Of a stretch of DNA of 19,860 nucleotides, positions 1-9,832 are shown piece after piece. The stretch is taken from NCBI GenBank assembly GCA_964016885.1, contig CAXHJY010000787.1, forward strand, positions 1-19,860, given 5' to 3'. Both the position numbers and the translations under genes were made by a program. The stretch's first letter is position 1; every line of letters starts with the position of its first letter. Source of the DNA: Eledone cirrhosa. Its lineage: Eukaryota. The notes under the pieces were generated by a model. It was not told the DNA's origin. It searched no databases and worked only from the letters and a program-made list of their open reading frames with translations.

Positions 1-375
1 ATAATGAGCATGGCCATTTCCCTGATGTCACCAGGGTCTTATCTTCTTTCCTACTTCCTTAAACTTTAGCCTTTACTAAGTTTACTCTGAATCCTTTCAA
101 TTTTATGTCTTATTTTTCTATCTGAAGTTTCTTCTCTAAATCTTCCACAGATTCAGCGGTAAGTACTAGTTCATCCCCTTATTGCCTGGAGACCTATAAT
201 AAGTAAGACAGAGCTGGGAACCAAACTTTGGTTAACACCTACCTCCTCACTAAATTCCTCACTAAAGTCCTTGTCAACTCTGATGGCATCCCCATACATG
301 GCTTGTGCTGTTCTCACAAACAGAAACCCTTCATCAATAGCTAGTTTTTATAAAAGCCATCAGACAATAGAGCTT
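1..375 (-). mobile_element. Decayed RTE-clade LINE reverse transcriptase fragment (runs off window start)
   Basis: Minus-strand translation across frameshifts gives KLAIDE..VRTAQAMYGDAIRVDKDFSEEFSEEVGVNQS and DELVLTAESVEDLEKKLQ..KGFRVNLVKAKV..SGKWPCS. This resembles RTE RT around the GVHQGS/YADD region, with stops and deletions. Confidence 0.8.
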
Positions 376-493
376 TTTCAATGACAAACTTAAGGATTAC
401 CTTGTATGTTTCTAGTAGTGTGGCTTGCCTTATAATGAGCCATACCTCATGCAGCTTACTGATTGGAACAAGTTGCCCATGCCTGCTATAACG

Positions 494-764
494 GTCTGAA
501 GTCTGTCTCAACCTCAGAGACTCATCAGGCCTGTGCTTATCTCAGTTTCTGTGGCATGAAGTGATTGAGAAGACACAACTTCCCCTCTGGACAGGACACC
601 AGACCATCACAGGGTTAAACCCCAGCTATAGCTGGTACTCATTTTCAGCTGTGTATACTAGAGCAACAGGAAATGAAGTGTTTACACACAGCCCAGTCCA
701 GGAATCAAACCACGACATTATGATCGTAAGTCCAACACCCTTACCACTGGGCCATGTGTCTCCA
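494..764 (-). mobile_element. Old tRNA-derived SINE with CORE-like segment
   Basis: Minus strand begins TGGAGACACATGGCCCAGTGGTAAGGG (A box) and GGTTTGATTCC (B box). Then CORE-like CACTTCATTTCCTGTTGCTCTAGTATACACAGCTGAAAATGAG and a GTGATGGTCTGGTGTCCTGTCCAGAGGGG segment. Explains ORFs 561-956 and 626-808. Confidence 0.75.
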
Positions 765-1114
765 TACCATGAAGGGTGGTATCCTGTTAAAAGCCATCTT
801 TCAATCAATGAACTCTTAGCTAAAACTTCACTTGTCTCAGTAGTAACCGAACCTAACAGAAAATGTAACTACATCTCATCTAATCTAATTCTTCTCTTGA
901 TCTTGGTGTATATATATATCATCAACAACATCAACATCATATTACACCCATATTGATATGTTGGCATATGTTAGATGAATCCTTTCTAGCACAACTTCCC
1001 CCCCACTCATGTTTTCTCCTCTATGAGATTCAGAATTTTGTGATTATTCCCATGGTCTTCCCCGACTACATCTTCCTTCCACTGGCATATATAAATATAT
1101 ATATATACATATAT

Positions 1115-1165
1115 ATCATCATCATCATCACCGTTTTACGTCTGTTCTTCCACACTAGCATGGGT
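1115..1165 (-). mobile_element. Very short 3' terminus of the young RTE LINE with (GAT)n tail
   Basis: Reverse complement ACCCATGCTAGTGTGGAAGAACAGACGTAAAACGGTGATGATGAT closely matches 3771-3818. Confidence 0.85.
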
Positions 1166-1376
1166 ATATATATATAGTATTAAGGATACTATTTATGGTT
1201 ATGTATATACTAAAACTTTTTATAGTTATATATATTTTAAACCCTAAACAGTGAAAGACAGTAATTTATTACTACCTTATTACCAGTAAGATAAATAGCT
1301 CAATGTAATAACATCAGTTGTTCTGCAGAGCAGTTATATAGAAATTACATGAATCAAAGTTCTGTTCAAACCATTT

Positions 1377-1429
1377 ATTAGCTTACAATTGTTTCATCCA
1401 AACCGAGGTTTGGACTCTTCGGAGCTTAT
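1377..1429 (-). ncRNA. Minimal type I hammerhead ribozyme motif (Penelope-like-element type), U4C variant
   Basis: Minus strand reads ATAAGCT CCGAAGA G TCCAAACC TC GGTTTGGA T GAAA C AATT G TA AGCTAAT. It has the core C(C)GAAGA, a perfect stem II, GAAA, a palindromic stem III (ACAATTGT), a GUA cleavage triplet and stem I AGCT/AGCT. AATAAA overlaps the 3' end. Confidence 0.75.
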
Positions 1430-1678
1430 TTCAATGTTTGTTTACATACACGATCTCCTTTCCAACACAAGAGACATACAGATACATATGTATATATTGA
1501 TGCACAGTGGGGTGACATTCATTATATTATTTCTGAATGGCAATTTAAATTCAAAAATTAAAATCATATTAAAACAGATTCAAAGCAAAATTAAAATTAA
1601 AATACAACATCGGCAGTTAACGTAGATAATGCAATATATATATATATATAAATTTACTAAGTTATAACTGCTTCAAAT

Positions 1679-1722
1679 CACTTAATATACACTTAATATA
1701 CACTTAATGTACACTTAATATA
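1679..1722. repeat. 11-bp tandem repeat x4 (CACTTAATATA)
   Basis: Four copies with one substitution. Confidence 0.9.
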
Positions 1723-1854
1723 TAGATCTAGGTTAAGAAATATTAAGAAGAAAAAGTTATTTGATTAAAATGAACTAAAATTAAATATAGAATAAGACTC
1801 ATGGCTTGACTTTGTTAATGAATATTTACGAAGGAGTCTGTCCATGTCTATTAC

Positions 1855-1990
1855 AGTGATTAGACCAATGTAAGACATAGGCTTACTGGTGAGTGATTAG
1901 ACCAATGTAAGACACAGGCTTACTGGTGAGTGATTAGACCAATGTAAGACATAGGCTTACTGGTGAGTGATTAGACCAATGTAAGACATA
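1855..1990. repeat. 37-bp minisatellite x3.7
   Basis: AGTGATTAGACCAATGTAAGACATAGGCTTACTGGTG starts at 1855, 1892, 1929 and 1966, with one substitution and no spacers. Confidence 0.95.
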
Positions 1991-2573
1991 CAGACTTGGC
2001 CACAAAAGAAATTCTGTTCTGGGCTTAGTTCTGCTATATTTTTTTCTCTCAACTCCTTTTGTCCTAAGCATGTGAATATTCTCAAAGGAGGAAACAAACT
2101 ATTATTGTTGTGTATGTGTATGAGTTGATGTATGTATGCATATGAGGGTGAGTGTATAGATATATATATGTTTGTATTTATTTATATGTGTATGTATGAG
2201 TGTGTATGTGTGTTTGCAATTATGTATGTTGTGTATATCATTTTCGTTAAATAAATTTATTTACATTATTCTTAACTCCGAAGCTGAGAATCATCCGGTT
2301 TCCTACTTAGAATATTAGTCTAATGACTCCATTTATACCATAAATGTGGTTTTGTCTTTGCGTGTAATTGTTCCCACACTCCACATAAAAATGTATTATC
2401 TTCGCTTTATTCCGTTCATTACCAAAGTATCGTCTTCCTGTTTTCCTTCGGTTGCAACGTTTTTCGAAATATTTACTTCAGTGTCCACAGATTGATTTTC
2501 TTTGTAGTTTCAGAAGATCCTGTTAAGGGTGAAAGCAGTGATTCTTTACTTAAACTTTAATCTGTTATTTTGA

Positions 2574-2886
2574 CAATCGAAAGGTTGTGAGTTCAATTCT
2601 CAGACCGGGTGATGTGTTGTTTCCTTGAGCAAGACACTTTATTTCACATTGCTCCAGTTTACTCAGCTGTAGAAATGAGATGATAGGGACTGGGGTCCCT
2701 ATCATTCCACTGTAAAGTGGTCGTGGAGGTGCCACGGCAAAAAAGCACCCAGCACTCACTGTAAATGAGGTTGGTGTTAGGAAGGGCATCCAGCTGTAGA
2801 AGTCAAGCCAGAATCAGTTCCCGTCCCACCCTTGCAAGCAGGGAAAAGCAGACGTAAAATGAAATGATGATGATGAAATGATGATG
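2574..2886 (+). mobile_element. SINE family A (tRNA head + CORE-like domain + RTE-derived 3' half), head partly truncated
   Basis: B box GAGTTCAATTC, then MIR-CORE-like CCTTGAGCAAGACACTTTATTTCACATTGCTCCAGTTTACTCAGCTGTAGAAATGAG. An 11-bp perfect hairpin ATGATAGGGAC/GTCCCTATCAT follows. The 3' half is shared with 3552-3818 and ends in (GAT)n. Confidence 0.9.
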
Positions 2887-3003
2887 TATGTAAAAGGTAA
2901 ACAGAAATAACAAGACAATCGGTACAGTATATGGAAGGGATATATTAGGTTAACGTTGATATAGCAGGAAGAGGGTCTTAATGATTCGGATGCTAATATA
3001 CAT

Positions 3004-3178
3004 ATAATTGTTTCTACTTTTGGCACAAGGCCAGCATTACTGGTACTTTATTTTATCGACCCCGTAAGGATGAAAGGCAAAGTTAACCTCGGCGGGATTT
3101 GAACTCAGTCCGTAAAGGGACGTAACTGTGCTGTAAAGCATGGCGTCCGACCCTCTACCAATACTGCCAATTCACCAC

Positions 3179-3180
<2 letters not shown>
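3004..3180 (-). mobile_element. SINE family B (tRNA-derived), near full length
   Basis: A-box-like TGGCAGTATTGG, B box GAGTTCAAATCC, central CGAGGTTAACTTTGCCTTTCATCCTTACGGGGTCGATAAAATAAAGTACCAG and 3' end GGCCTTGTGCCAAAAGTAGAAACAATTAT. Several copies occur in the window. Confidence 0.9.
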
Positions 3181-3216
<36 letters not shown>

Positions 3217-3231
3217 TGATATATACATATA

Positions 3232-3818
3232 AATGAATTGAGAGAGAGACTGAGCATAAGAGGAATCAAATGCTGTGTGCAGGAGAGGCGGTTGCGCTGG
3301 TATGGACATGTGATGCGTATGAAGGATGACGGTTGCATAAAAAGGTGCAGAGCACTAGAAGTTGATGGAAACCGCGGAGTGGGGAGACCTAAGATGACCT
3401 GGGATGAGGTGATAAAAGCCGACCTTACCCAATTACACCTCTCAAAGACAATGACACACGACCGTGACTTCTGGCGTCCCGCAGTAATACAGAGTACCCG
3501 ACCTCCCATGGGTACATGCTGAAGCATATAAACAATATGCCCCCACACCCCCCACCGCAAGGTGGTCGTGGAGGTGCCACAGCAAAAAGGCACCCAGCCC
3601 ACACTGTAAAGTGGACGTGTAGGCGCCACGAAAAAGCACCCAGCACTCACTGTAAATGAGGTTGGTGTTAGGAAGGGCATCCAGCTGTAGAAATCAAGCC
3701 AGATCAGTTCCTGTATGAGCAAGGCATGGTCAGCCGACCAGACACTGCACACAACAGGACAACCCGTCTAACCCATGCTAGCGTGGAAGAACGGACGTAA
3801 AACGGTGATGATGATGAT
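3232..3818 (+). mobile_element. 5'-truncated young RTE-clade LINE: ORF C-terminus (3232-3522), 3' UTR and (GAT)n tail
   Basis: Uninterrupted ELRERLSIRGIKCCVQERRLRWYGHVMRM..GNRGVGRPKMTWDEVIKADL..DRDFWR, the RTE C-terminal RLRWxGHV / GRPxxTW signature. Confidence 0.92.
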
Positions 3819-4114
3819 ATATGTGTGTGTGTGAAAAATGAAATTTACATGTAGGTCAATTTTGCAATGGTATAGGTACATTTCAAATTTCAATTTTCTC
3901 CAATGCTTCAACTATTGTGGTGCTATTAAGTTAGACATGGCCTGGGCCAATACTGGCCGAAACCTATTAAAGTTATATATATGTGTGTGTGTGTGTGTAA
4001 TATGAAATTTACAAATAGGTTTAGGGGCCTTCTACAATGTTGCATTTTATAAGAAATTCATAGTATTTAATGATAGGGGAGCCCCTTTCTTGTCATAAAA
4101 ACCACTATGAAAGG

Positions 4115-4200
4115 AAGCATATTGCTCAAGAACACAATGCATCACTTGCTCCAGGAATTGAACCCTCATGGTCAGAAACCTCATGCTAAACATTAGCATA
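4115..4200 (-). mobile_element. Degenerate CORE-type SINE head fragment
   Basis: Minus-strand B box GGGTTCAATTCC followed by GTGATGCATTGTGTTCTTGAGCAA, similar to the element at 10962-11206. Confidence 0.6.
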
Positions 4201-4894
4201 TGTGAATATCCTATAGCACATGAAATCGCAGTTGTTAGAATTTCTTGTAAACTAAACAATCTTAACTGTGTTTACATTAGTGTAAGGGGATGTAAGGAAA
4301 ATAATTGTTTTTTTCAGTTTTCAGCTACACATTGTAAAAGCCTCTACAATTTCTGTTGTATTTTATCGAGTTTTATCGATTTTTTTTTTTTCCTAGATTT
4401 TCCACAGATATTTTTCTTTGGTACATTCTATCAATGATGAATATCAACAATTTGATTCATGAATTAATAGTTGATAGGAATATTTTGCTTTCGGAGATGT
4501 TTGTGATGGGTGTATGATAATATCTCTTACTAATTACTTCTAATTTATTACTAGCATATTTCTTTACTTCATATTTTAGTGTATGTATTTTTCGAATTGT
4601 TATGTAATAAATTAAAATACTAATTTTAACATAATTGGCTGCATCACATAAAATATAAAAGTCTTTTATCTAATACTACAAATTTCATAAAGATTAGTTC
4701 AAAACTAAATATACTATAAACATTTGTGTTAACTCATTCTATAGTAATTTTCTACTAAATCATTACAGGGTGTTAAGAGAGAGAGAGAGATGCATATATA
4801 TACGTACATACACATATATTTATATATATGTATGTATTGTATATTGTATATGTATATTTGTCTATATGTATATATATGTATGCATATATATATT

Positions 4895-5180
4895 ATCATC
4901 ATTTCATCATTTCATGTTTTACGCTTTTCCTGCTTGCAGGGGGATGGAACTGATTGGGTTGATTCTGACAGGCTGGATTATAGCTGGATGCCTTATAACT
5001 AACTCATGTACTGTGAGTGCTGGTGCTTTTTTTCCGTGGCACCTACACAACCACTTTTCAGTGGAATGATAGGGACCCCAGTTGTGTCTTGCTCAAGGAA
5101 ACAACACATCACCGGTCTGAGAATTGAACACACAACCTTTCGATTGCAAGTGCAATGCTCTAAGCGATATGCACTAAGCT
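4895..5180 (-). mobile_element. SINE family A, diverged copy with most of the tRNA head and an internal deletion
   Basis: Reverse-complement match to 2574-2886. The head extends to AGCTTAGTG..TTAGAGCATT. The CORE 3' part and one hairpin arm are deleted near 5082. Confidence 0.85.
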
Positions 5181-5247
5181 TATCTCTATCTATCTATCTA
5201 TATATCTATATATAGAGAGAGAGGATACACACATACATGTATATGTA

Positions 5248-5280
<33 letters not shown>

Positions 5281-5329
5281 GAATGCCTTTGTATAAGTAC
5301 ATATGCATTGATATGTGTATATATTTGAT

Positions 5330-6670
5330 AATAGTTTTGTTAATGTCTATAGTAGAGTGAACCATACATAACATTCAATATCCTTTTTCATTTGATATTA
5401 ATGTTTCATAATATAGTATTTTTAACATCTTTTTCAATTGATTATCTACCTATCTCAATCCTTCTTTTGATTTCTGATTCACATTTCCCATTTTCTGATT
5501 ACATATATCCCAGTTATATTACTTTTGATGTCTGCTCAAATGGTTTTCTTTCAATCATAATATTTGTGTTTTGGGTGAATGTTGTTTCTTGTTGGATGCC
5601 ATTACTTTCATTGTTTTATATACATTTCCATTCCACAAGACATTCATTGGCTATTTATAGTAGTTACAAACTTTTGTAGGTTATCTCTGTTGGAAGTTTA
5701 AGGCTATATATCTAAGACTGTTGACGTTCATATCTCCTATGAATACTCCTGGTATGTCGTTTGCTTCTCTAAAGATCTTCTGTATATAGGTTAGTACATA
5801 GCATTGCCTGACATCTTTTAATTTTAAATTCCTTGTACATTTTTTAATTATTATTTGGAGGTTTTTATTACATATCTCAAGAATGGATAGAAGACAGCCA
5901 ATCATTTTTCTATATTTTACTCTGTAAAATGACTTGGTATAATCTATAAAGAATATGTAAACATCTTGATTAATGTCTAGGACTATTTCACATGTGGTTC
6001 TTTGGTTAAATATTCCATTATAATCTCTGATCTTGATTAATGTCTAGGACTATTTCACATGTGGTTCTTTGGTTAAATATTCCATTATAATCTCTGATCT
6101 TGAGTAATGTCTAGGACTATTTCACATGTGGTTCTTTGGTTAAATATTCCATTATAATCTCTGATCTTGGTTAATGTCTAGGACTATTTCACATGTGGTT
6201 CTTTGGTTAAATATTCCATTATAATCTCTGATCTTGATTAATATCTAGGACTATTTCACATGTGGTTCTTTGGTTAAATATTCCATTATAATCTCTGATC
6301 TTGATTCATGTCTAGGACTATTTCACATGTGGTTCTTTGGTTAAATATTCCATTATAATCTCTGATCTTCATTAATGTCTAGAACTATTTTACATCTGGC
6401 TCTTTGGTTAAATATGATTCCTGATCTAAAACCACTTTTCAGTTGACTTATTTCTTCAGTTATTCTTGCTGGAATTATTCGTCGGATTATTTTTAGTAAT
6501 TTAGTTGCATAATTCATTAATTAAGCTTATGGTTCTAAACTCTGGACAGTTTTGAGCTTTTGGTTTTTTAGGTACTGGAATAAAGATGGATTATTTTCAT
6601 CTTAGAAGGTACGTGTCAACTGTCATATATGACATTATGTAATTCTGTTATTAGATCTAAGTTCTGGAAA
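5330..6670 (-). mobile_element. Decayed RTE-clade LINE reverse transcriptase, interrupted by a 67-bp minisatellite
   Basis: Minus strand gives SIFIPVPKKPKAQNCPEFRTISL..EEISQLKSGFRSG..GIFNQRTTCEIVLDINQDVYIFFIDYTKSFYRVK..VRQCYVL..KIFRE..DMNVNSLRY..RILECYVW, collinear with RTE RT, with many stops and frameshifts. Confidence 0.9.
5963..6415. repeat. 67-bp minisatellite x6.7 derived from RT coding sequence
   Basis: Units start at 5963, 6030, 6097, 6164, 6231, 6298 and 6365. The first six are nearly identical and the last is diverged. Confidence 0.95.
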
Positions 6671-7223
6671 CATGTCAAAAGTTTACCCAGATTGTACACT
6701 ATACATTATTTGTAATGGAGGCAACTGCACATTGAGTGTGGTAAATATCTGCCATGGACCAAAAGATCTTCAGTTTCTGTGAGTATAGACTGACACACAC
6801 ACACATATACTAACAGAATATCTGACATTGTCCAGTTGGAAAAGTAGCTATAAATGTACCAGAACTATCTTTAATGAAGACATATTTGATTTAATAGAAG
6901 ATTATTAGATTTCTCATGAAAATTAGCATTCATGTAAGAAATTAATATTTTTTCCAAAACGTTTATAGCTTTCCACTATTTAGTACACTGTGCTACAGAT
7001 ACATCATCAATATGAATAGTACACTTCATAACTTAATTGTGTAAATGCTATACAGCTAATTCATTAAATAAGAACTCAGGATTAATTAAAAGTGAAAACA
7101 GTTTCAATTAATTTGAAATTCTTATTGAATATAATATTTTATCTTTTTTTTAGCTACATTAAATCTTAAACAAATTTTACAAATTAGTAGAAACCAGAAT
7201 GAGGAAAATCATTTATATAATAT

Positions 7224-7481
7224 AAAAGTGCCCAGTCCACACTGTAAAATGTGTAGGTGTCATGAGAATAAGCACCTAGCACACACTGTAAAGTTGTCAT
7301 ATAGGTGTCACGACAATAAGAATCCAGCACACATTAGGAAGGGCATCCAGCTGTAAAACAAAACAAGCCCAAATCAGTTCCATGTATGCAAATCAAGGTC
7401 CTCTGACTTGATCTCTCACAAAGGGACTGCCCATCCTATCCATGCTAGCGTGGAAGATGGATGTTAAACGATGATGATGAT
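7224..7481 (+). mobile_element. Older RTE 3' UTR fragment with (GAT)n tail
   Basis: Repeated CACACTGTAAA..AGGTGTCA..GCACC modules, TTAGGAAGGGCATCCAGCTGTA, and CCATGCTAGCGTGGAAGATGGATGTTAAACGATGATGAT. Confidence 0.8.
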
Positions 7482-7654
7482 GGATACCAGAGTTCCCTGA
7501 TGTAACCCAATCATCCAAATATTGGAACTGTGCAGGGTCAATAGTTGAAATAATAAAGAAATGACATTAAGAATTGTTTTGAGTTCCTGATCTATGACAT
7601 TAGATCTGTAACCATCATAGCCTTAGAAATACTAAACACTGTCATAAAGAGTCG

Positions 7655-7805
7655 ATCGACAAGATCCCAGACCTCATTCACTTAATGAGTGGGGTGGACC
7701 TCATCAAATTGGACTGAGGAAACAATGTTTCCATTAGTCTTTCCAATTGCTAATACTATCTGTCGGTTGCAAATCCAGGCAGAAGGAGCAACATGAAATA
7801 AATAA
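7655..7805 (-). mobile_element. Degenerate fragment related to the SINE at 10962-11206
   Basis: Shares GACAAGA.CCCAGA..TATTCACTT, CTCATCA, GGAAACAAT.TTTCCATT.GTCTTT and GAGCAACATGAAATAAA with 10963-11107. Confidence 0.6.
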
Positions 7806-8767
7806 CAGCACTTCAACAGGTAGAATGTTTGGGGTTTTAGTAGTAGGGGAATAAATAAAGAGATTTCGGAGTACTCTTAAACATCCTTCATAAAATTAAC
7901 CATGAGAAAAGCAGGGTAGCTGCTCATCTGTTTCTACAACCTACGCATCTTGTTTGCATTTGGCAGTAGAAGGTGTTGTATGTGTGGAACATCTTTTCCA
8001 TTATTTTATTGATAGAAACATCATTAATAAAAGTAATTAAGTTATAGAGAAACTGAAGAAAGAATGTAACTTGAAGTCGAAATGCAATTGAAAAGTAAAA
8101 AGAAAGGCTCAAATATAAGCATTGATTGTCTAATATAATTTACAAAAGAAATCAATATATAAACAAAATGTATATAGTTCAACAATTAAGATTAACTGAA
8201 AGAATAAAGTAGGAGGTATAGAAAGTAAGAGAGAAAGGAAAGACAAAGAAGGAAAGAAAAATAGAGAGAATCATAAGAATAGAAGTAAGATGAAGCAGAG
8301 TATGCCAATAAGAGGAGGGAATTACAATAACAACAGCTGAGTAGAAATTGTAATTGTGAGATGGATTTTACATGTCATTATTCATACCTTTCAGCATTCC
8401 AGGATTGATAATATAATTACCAATCAAATACTGGTCAATATAATTGACTGTTCTCTATTACCAAAACTATGATAATGATGTGTGTGTGTGTTCACACACA
8501 TATCTGCACAAGCATATATTCCCATATACATACATATATACATATATACCCTATTTTTACACATTTATCGATCTATATGTATACACTTATGCAAGTAAAA
8601 TATATAAGTCTCTACGTATCGATATCTGTACACACAACAACACATTTATACACAAGCTTATACATATATATATATATACTCACATAATTATATATATATT
8701 GAACATATAAATGTACATATACATGCCCAGGTATATGTGCACATACATACACCTAAGTGTGTGTGTA

Positions 8768-8807
<40 letters not shown>

Positions 8808-8963
8808 CATATATAATAATTGTTTCTACGTTTGGCACAAAGGTATATATATACCTTTCAGGTATCTATATTTGAAGTTCTAGTTAAACTTTAATTAGTT
8901 ACCTACCTAGCTGTGTGTGCTTACACATTTTACAAATTATTCCCTGTGATTGTTTCATATGTT

Positions 8964-8968
<5 letters not shown>

Positions 8969-9032
<64 letters not shown>
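8969..9032. repeat. (TA)n microsatellite, representative of many TA/TG/CA tracts in the window
   Basis: About 32 TA units with one interruption. Similar tracts lie near 3182, 5260, 8765, 12170, 18810 and 18985. Confidence 0.95.
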
Positions 9033-9035
<3 letters not shown>

Positions 9036-9140
9036 AAAGGACCATTAGTTATGTCTTCATTATGTTTATTGGTCATGGTTTGATCTGTATTGATCTAGCC
9101 CGGCTCTGAACCTACAGTAACTGCACATTACACTCCCGAT

Positions 9141-9260
9141 ATGATCTGAGTTCAAATCCCGCCGAGGTTGACTTTGCCTTTCATCCTTACGGGGTCGATA
9201 AAATAAAGTACCAGTAATGCACTGGATAATTGCTGGCCTTGTGCCTAAAGTAGAAACAAT

Positions 9261-9261
<1 letters not shown>
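9141..9261 (+). mobile_element. SINE family B, 5'-truncated
   Basis: CTGAGTTCAAATCCCGCCGAGG..AAAGTAGAAACAATTAT matches 13233-13420 and the reverse complement of 3004-3180. Confidence 0.88.
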
Positions 9262-9291
<30 letters not shown>

Positions 9292-9832
9292 ATGCATGTA
9301 TGTATGTATGTGTAAAGAAAAGGTAAAGGAAAGAAGAGTGCTCTATGTATAGTACAGAGATATTTAATTACATAATAAACAACATAATATAATTATTGTG
9401 TACATTTACACATACCCAAATGAATATATACATAAACACATACACATTTGTTGAGGGGTTAAAGTACTATCTATTGAGAAGATACATGGGTTTTAATATC
9501 TAAGCATTTTGTAAGTTTTGTATTGTTGGCCTTGTGCCAAAAGTAGAAAAAATTAAATCTATAGAAGATAGGTTTGTGAATTCTGTGATTCTGTATCTAT
9601 GGTTGACACATATGAGTTCTTTTGTTAAGATGTCCTTGTGGCTAGTGGACAATTGTTGGAGTTAATAGTTACATGTTCATGAGTTAGTATTTTATGGTGA
9701 GACTTTATAACAGCTAGTACTAACTAGTATCTGTACAAAATTATTGGTAGTGGCGTATGATAGTTTGATATTTTGCTTGTTTATTACTTTTTAGTATTTG
9801 AGTGAAGGCGGGAGTTGTTAATATGTGTTTAA

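Noticed and set aside
510-560. Hammerhead-like words GAAAC..CTGATGAG on the minus strand
   Set aside because: Only about 16 nt lie between them, with no room for stems I and III and no GAAA after a stem II. It is part of a SINE body.
1855-1990. 37-bp palindromic repeats resembling CRISPR direct repeats
   Set aside because: Units are head-to-tail without spacers, the context is eukaryotic, and there are no cas genes.
2565-3752. Recurring ORFs starting MPFLTPTSFTVSAGCFF as a small-protein family
   Set aside because: They are antisense translations of the SINE/LINE 3' UTR repeated across the window.
4770-5069. YIYI/CVCV/THTH-rich ORFs here and at 8444-9109 and 15544-15969
   Set aside because: Translations of dinucleotide microsatellites.
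7924-8112. Possible minus-strand exon after TTCTTTCTTCAG
   Set aside because: No recognisable protein similarity or convincing donor site.
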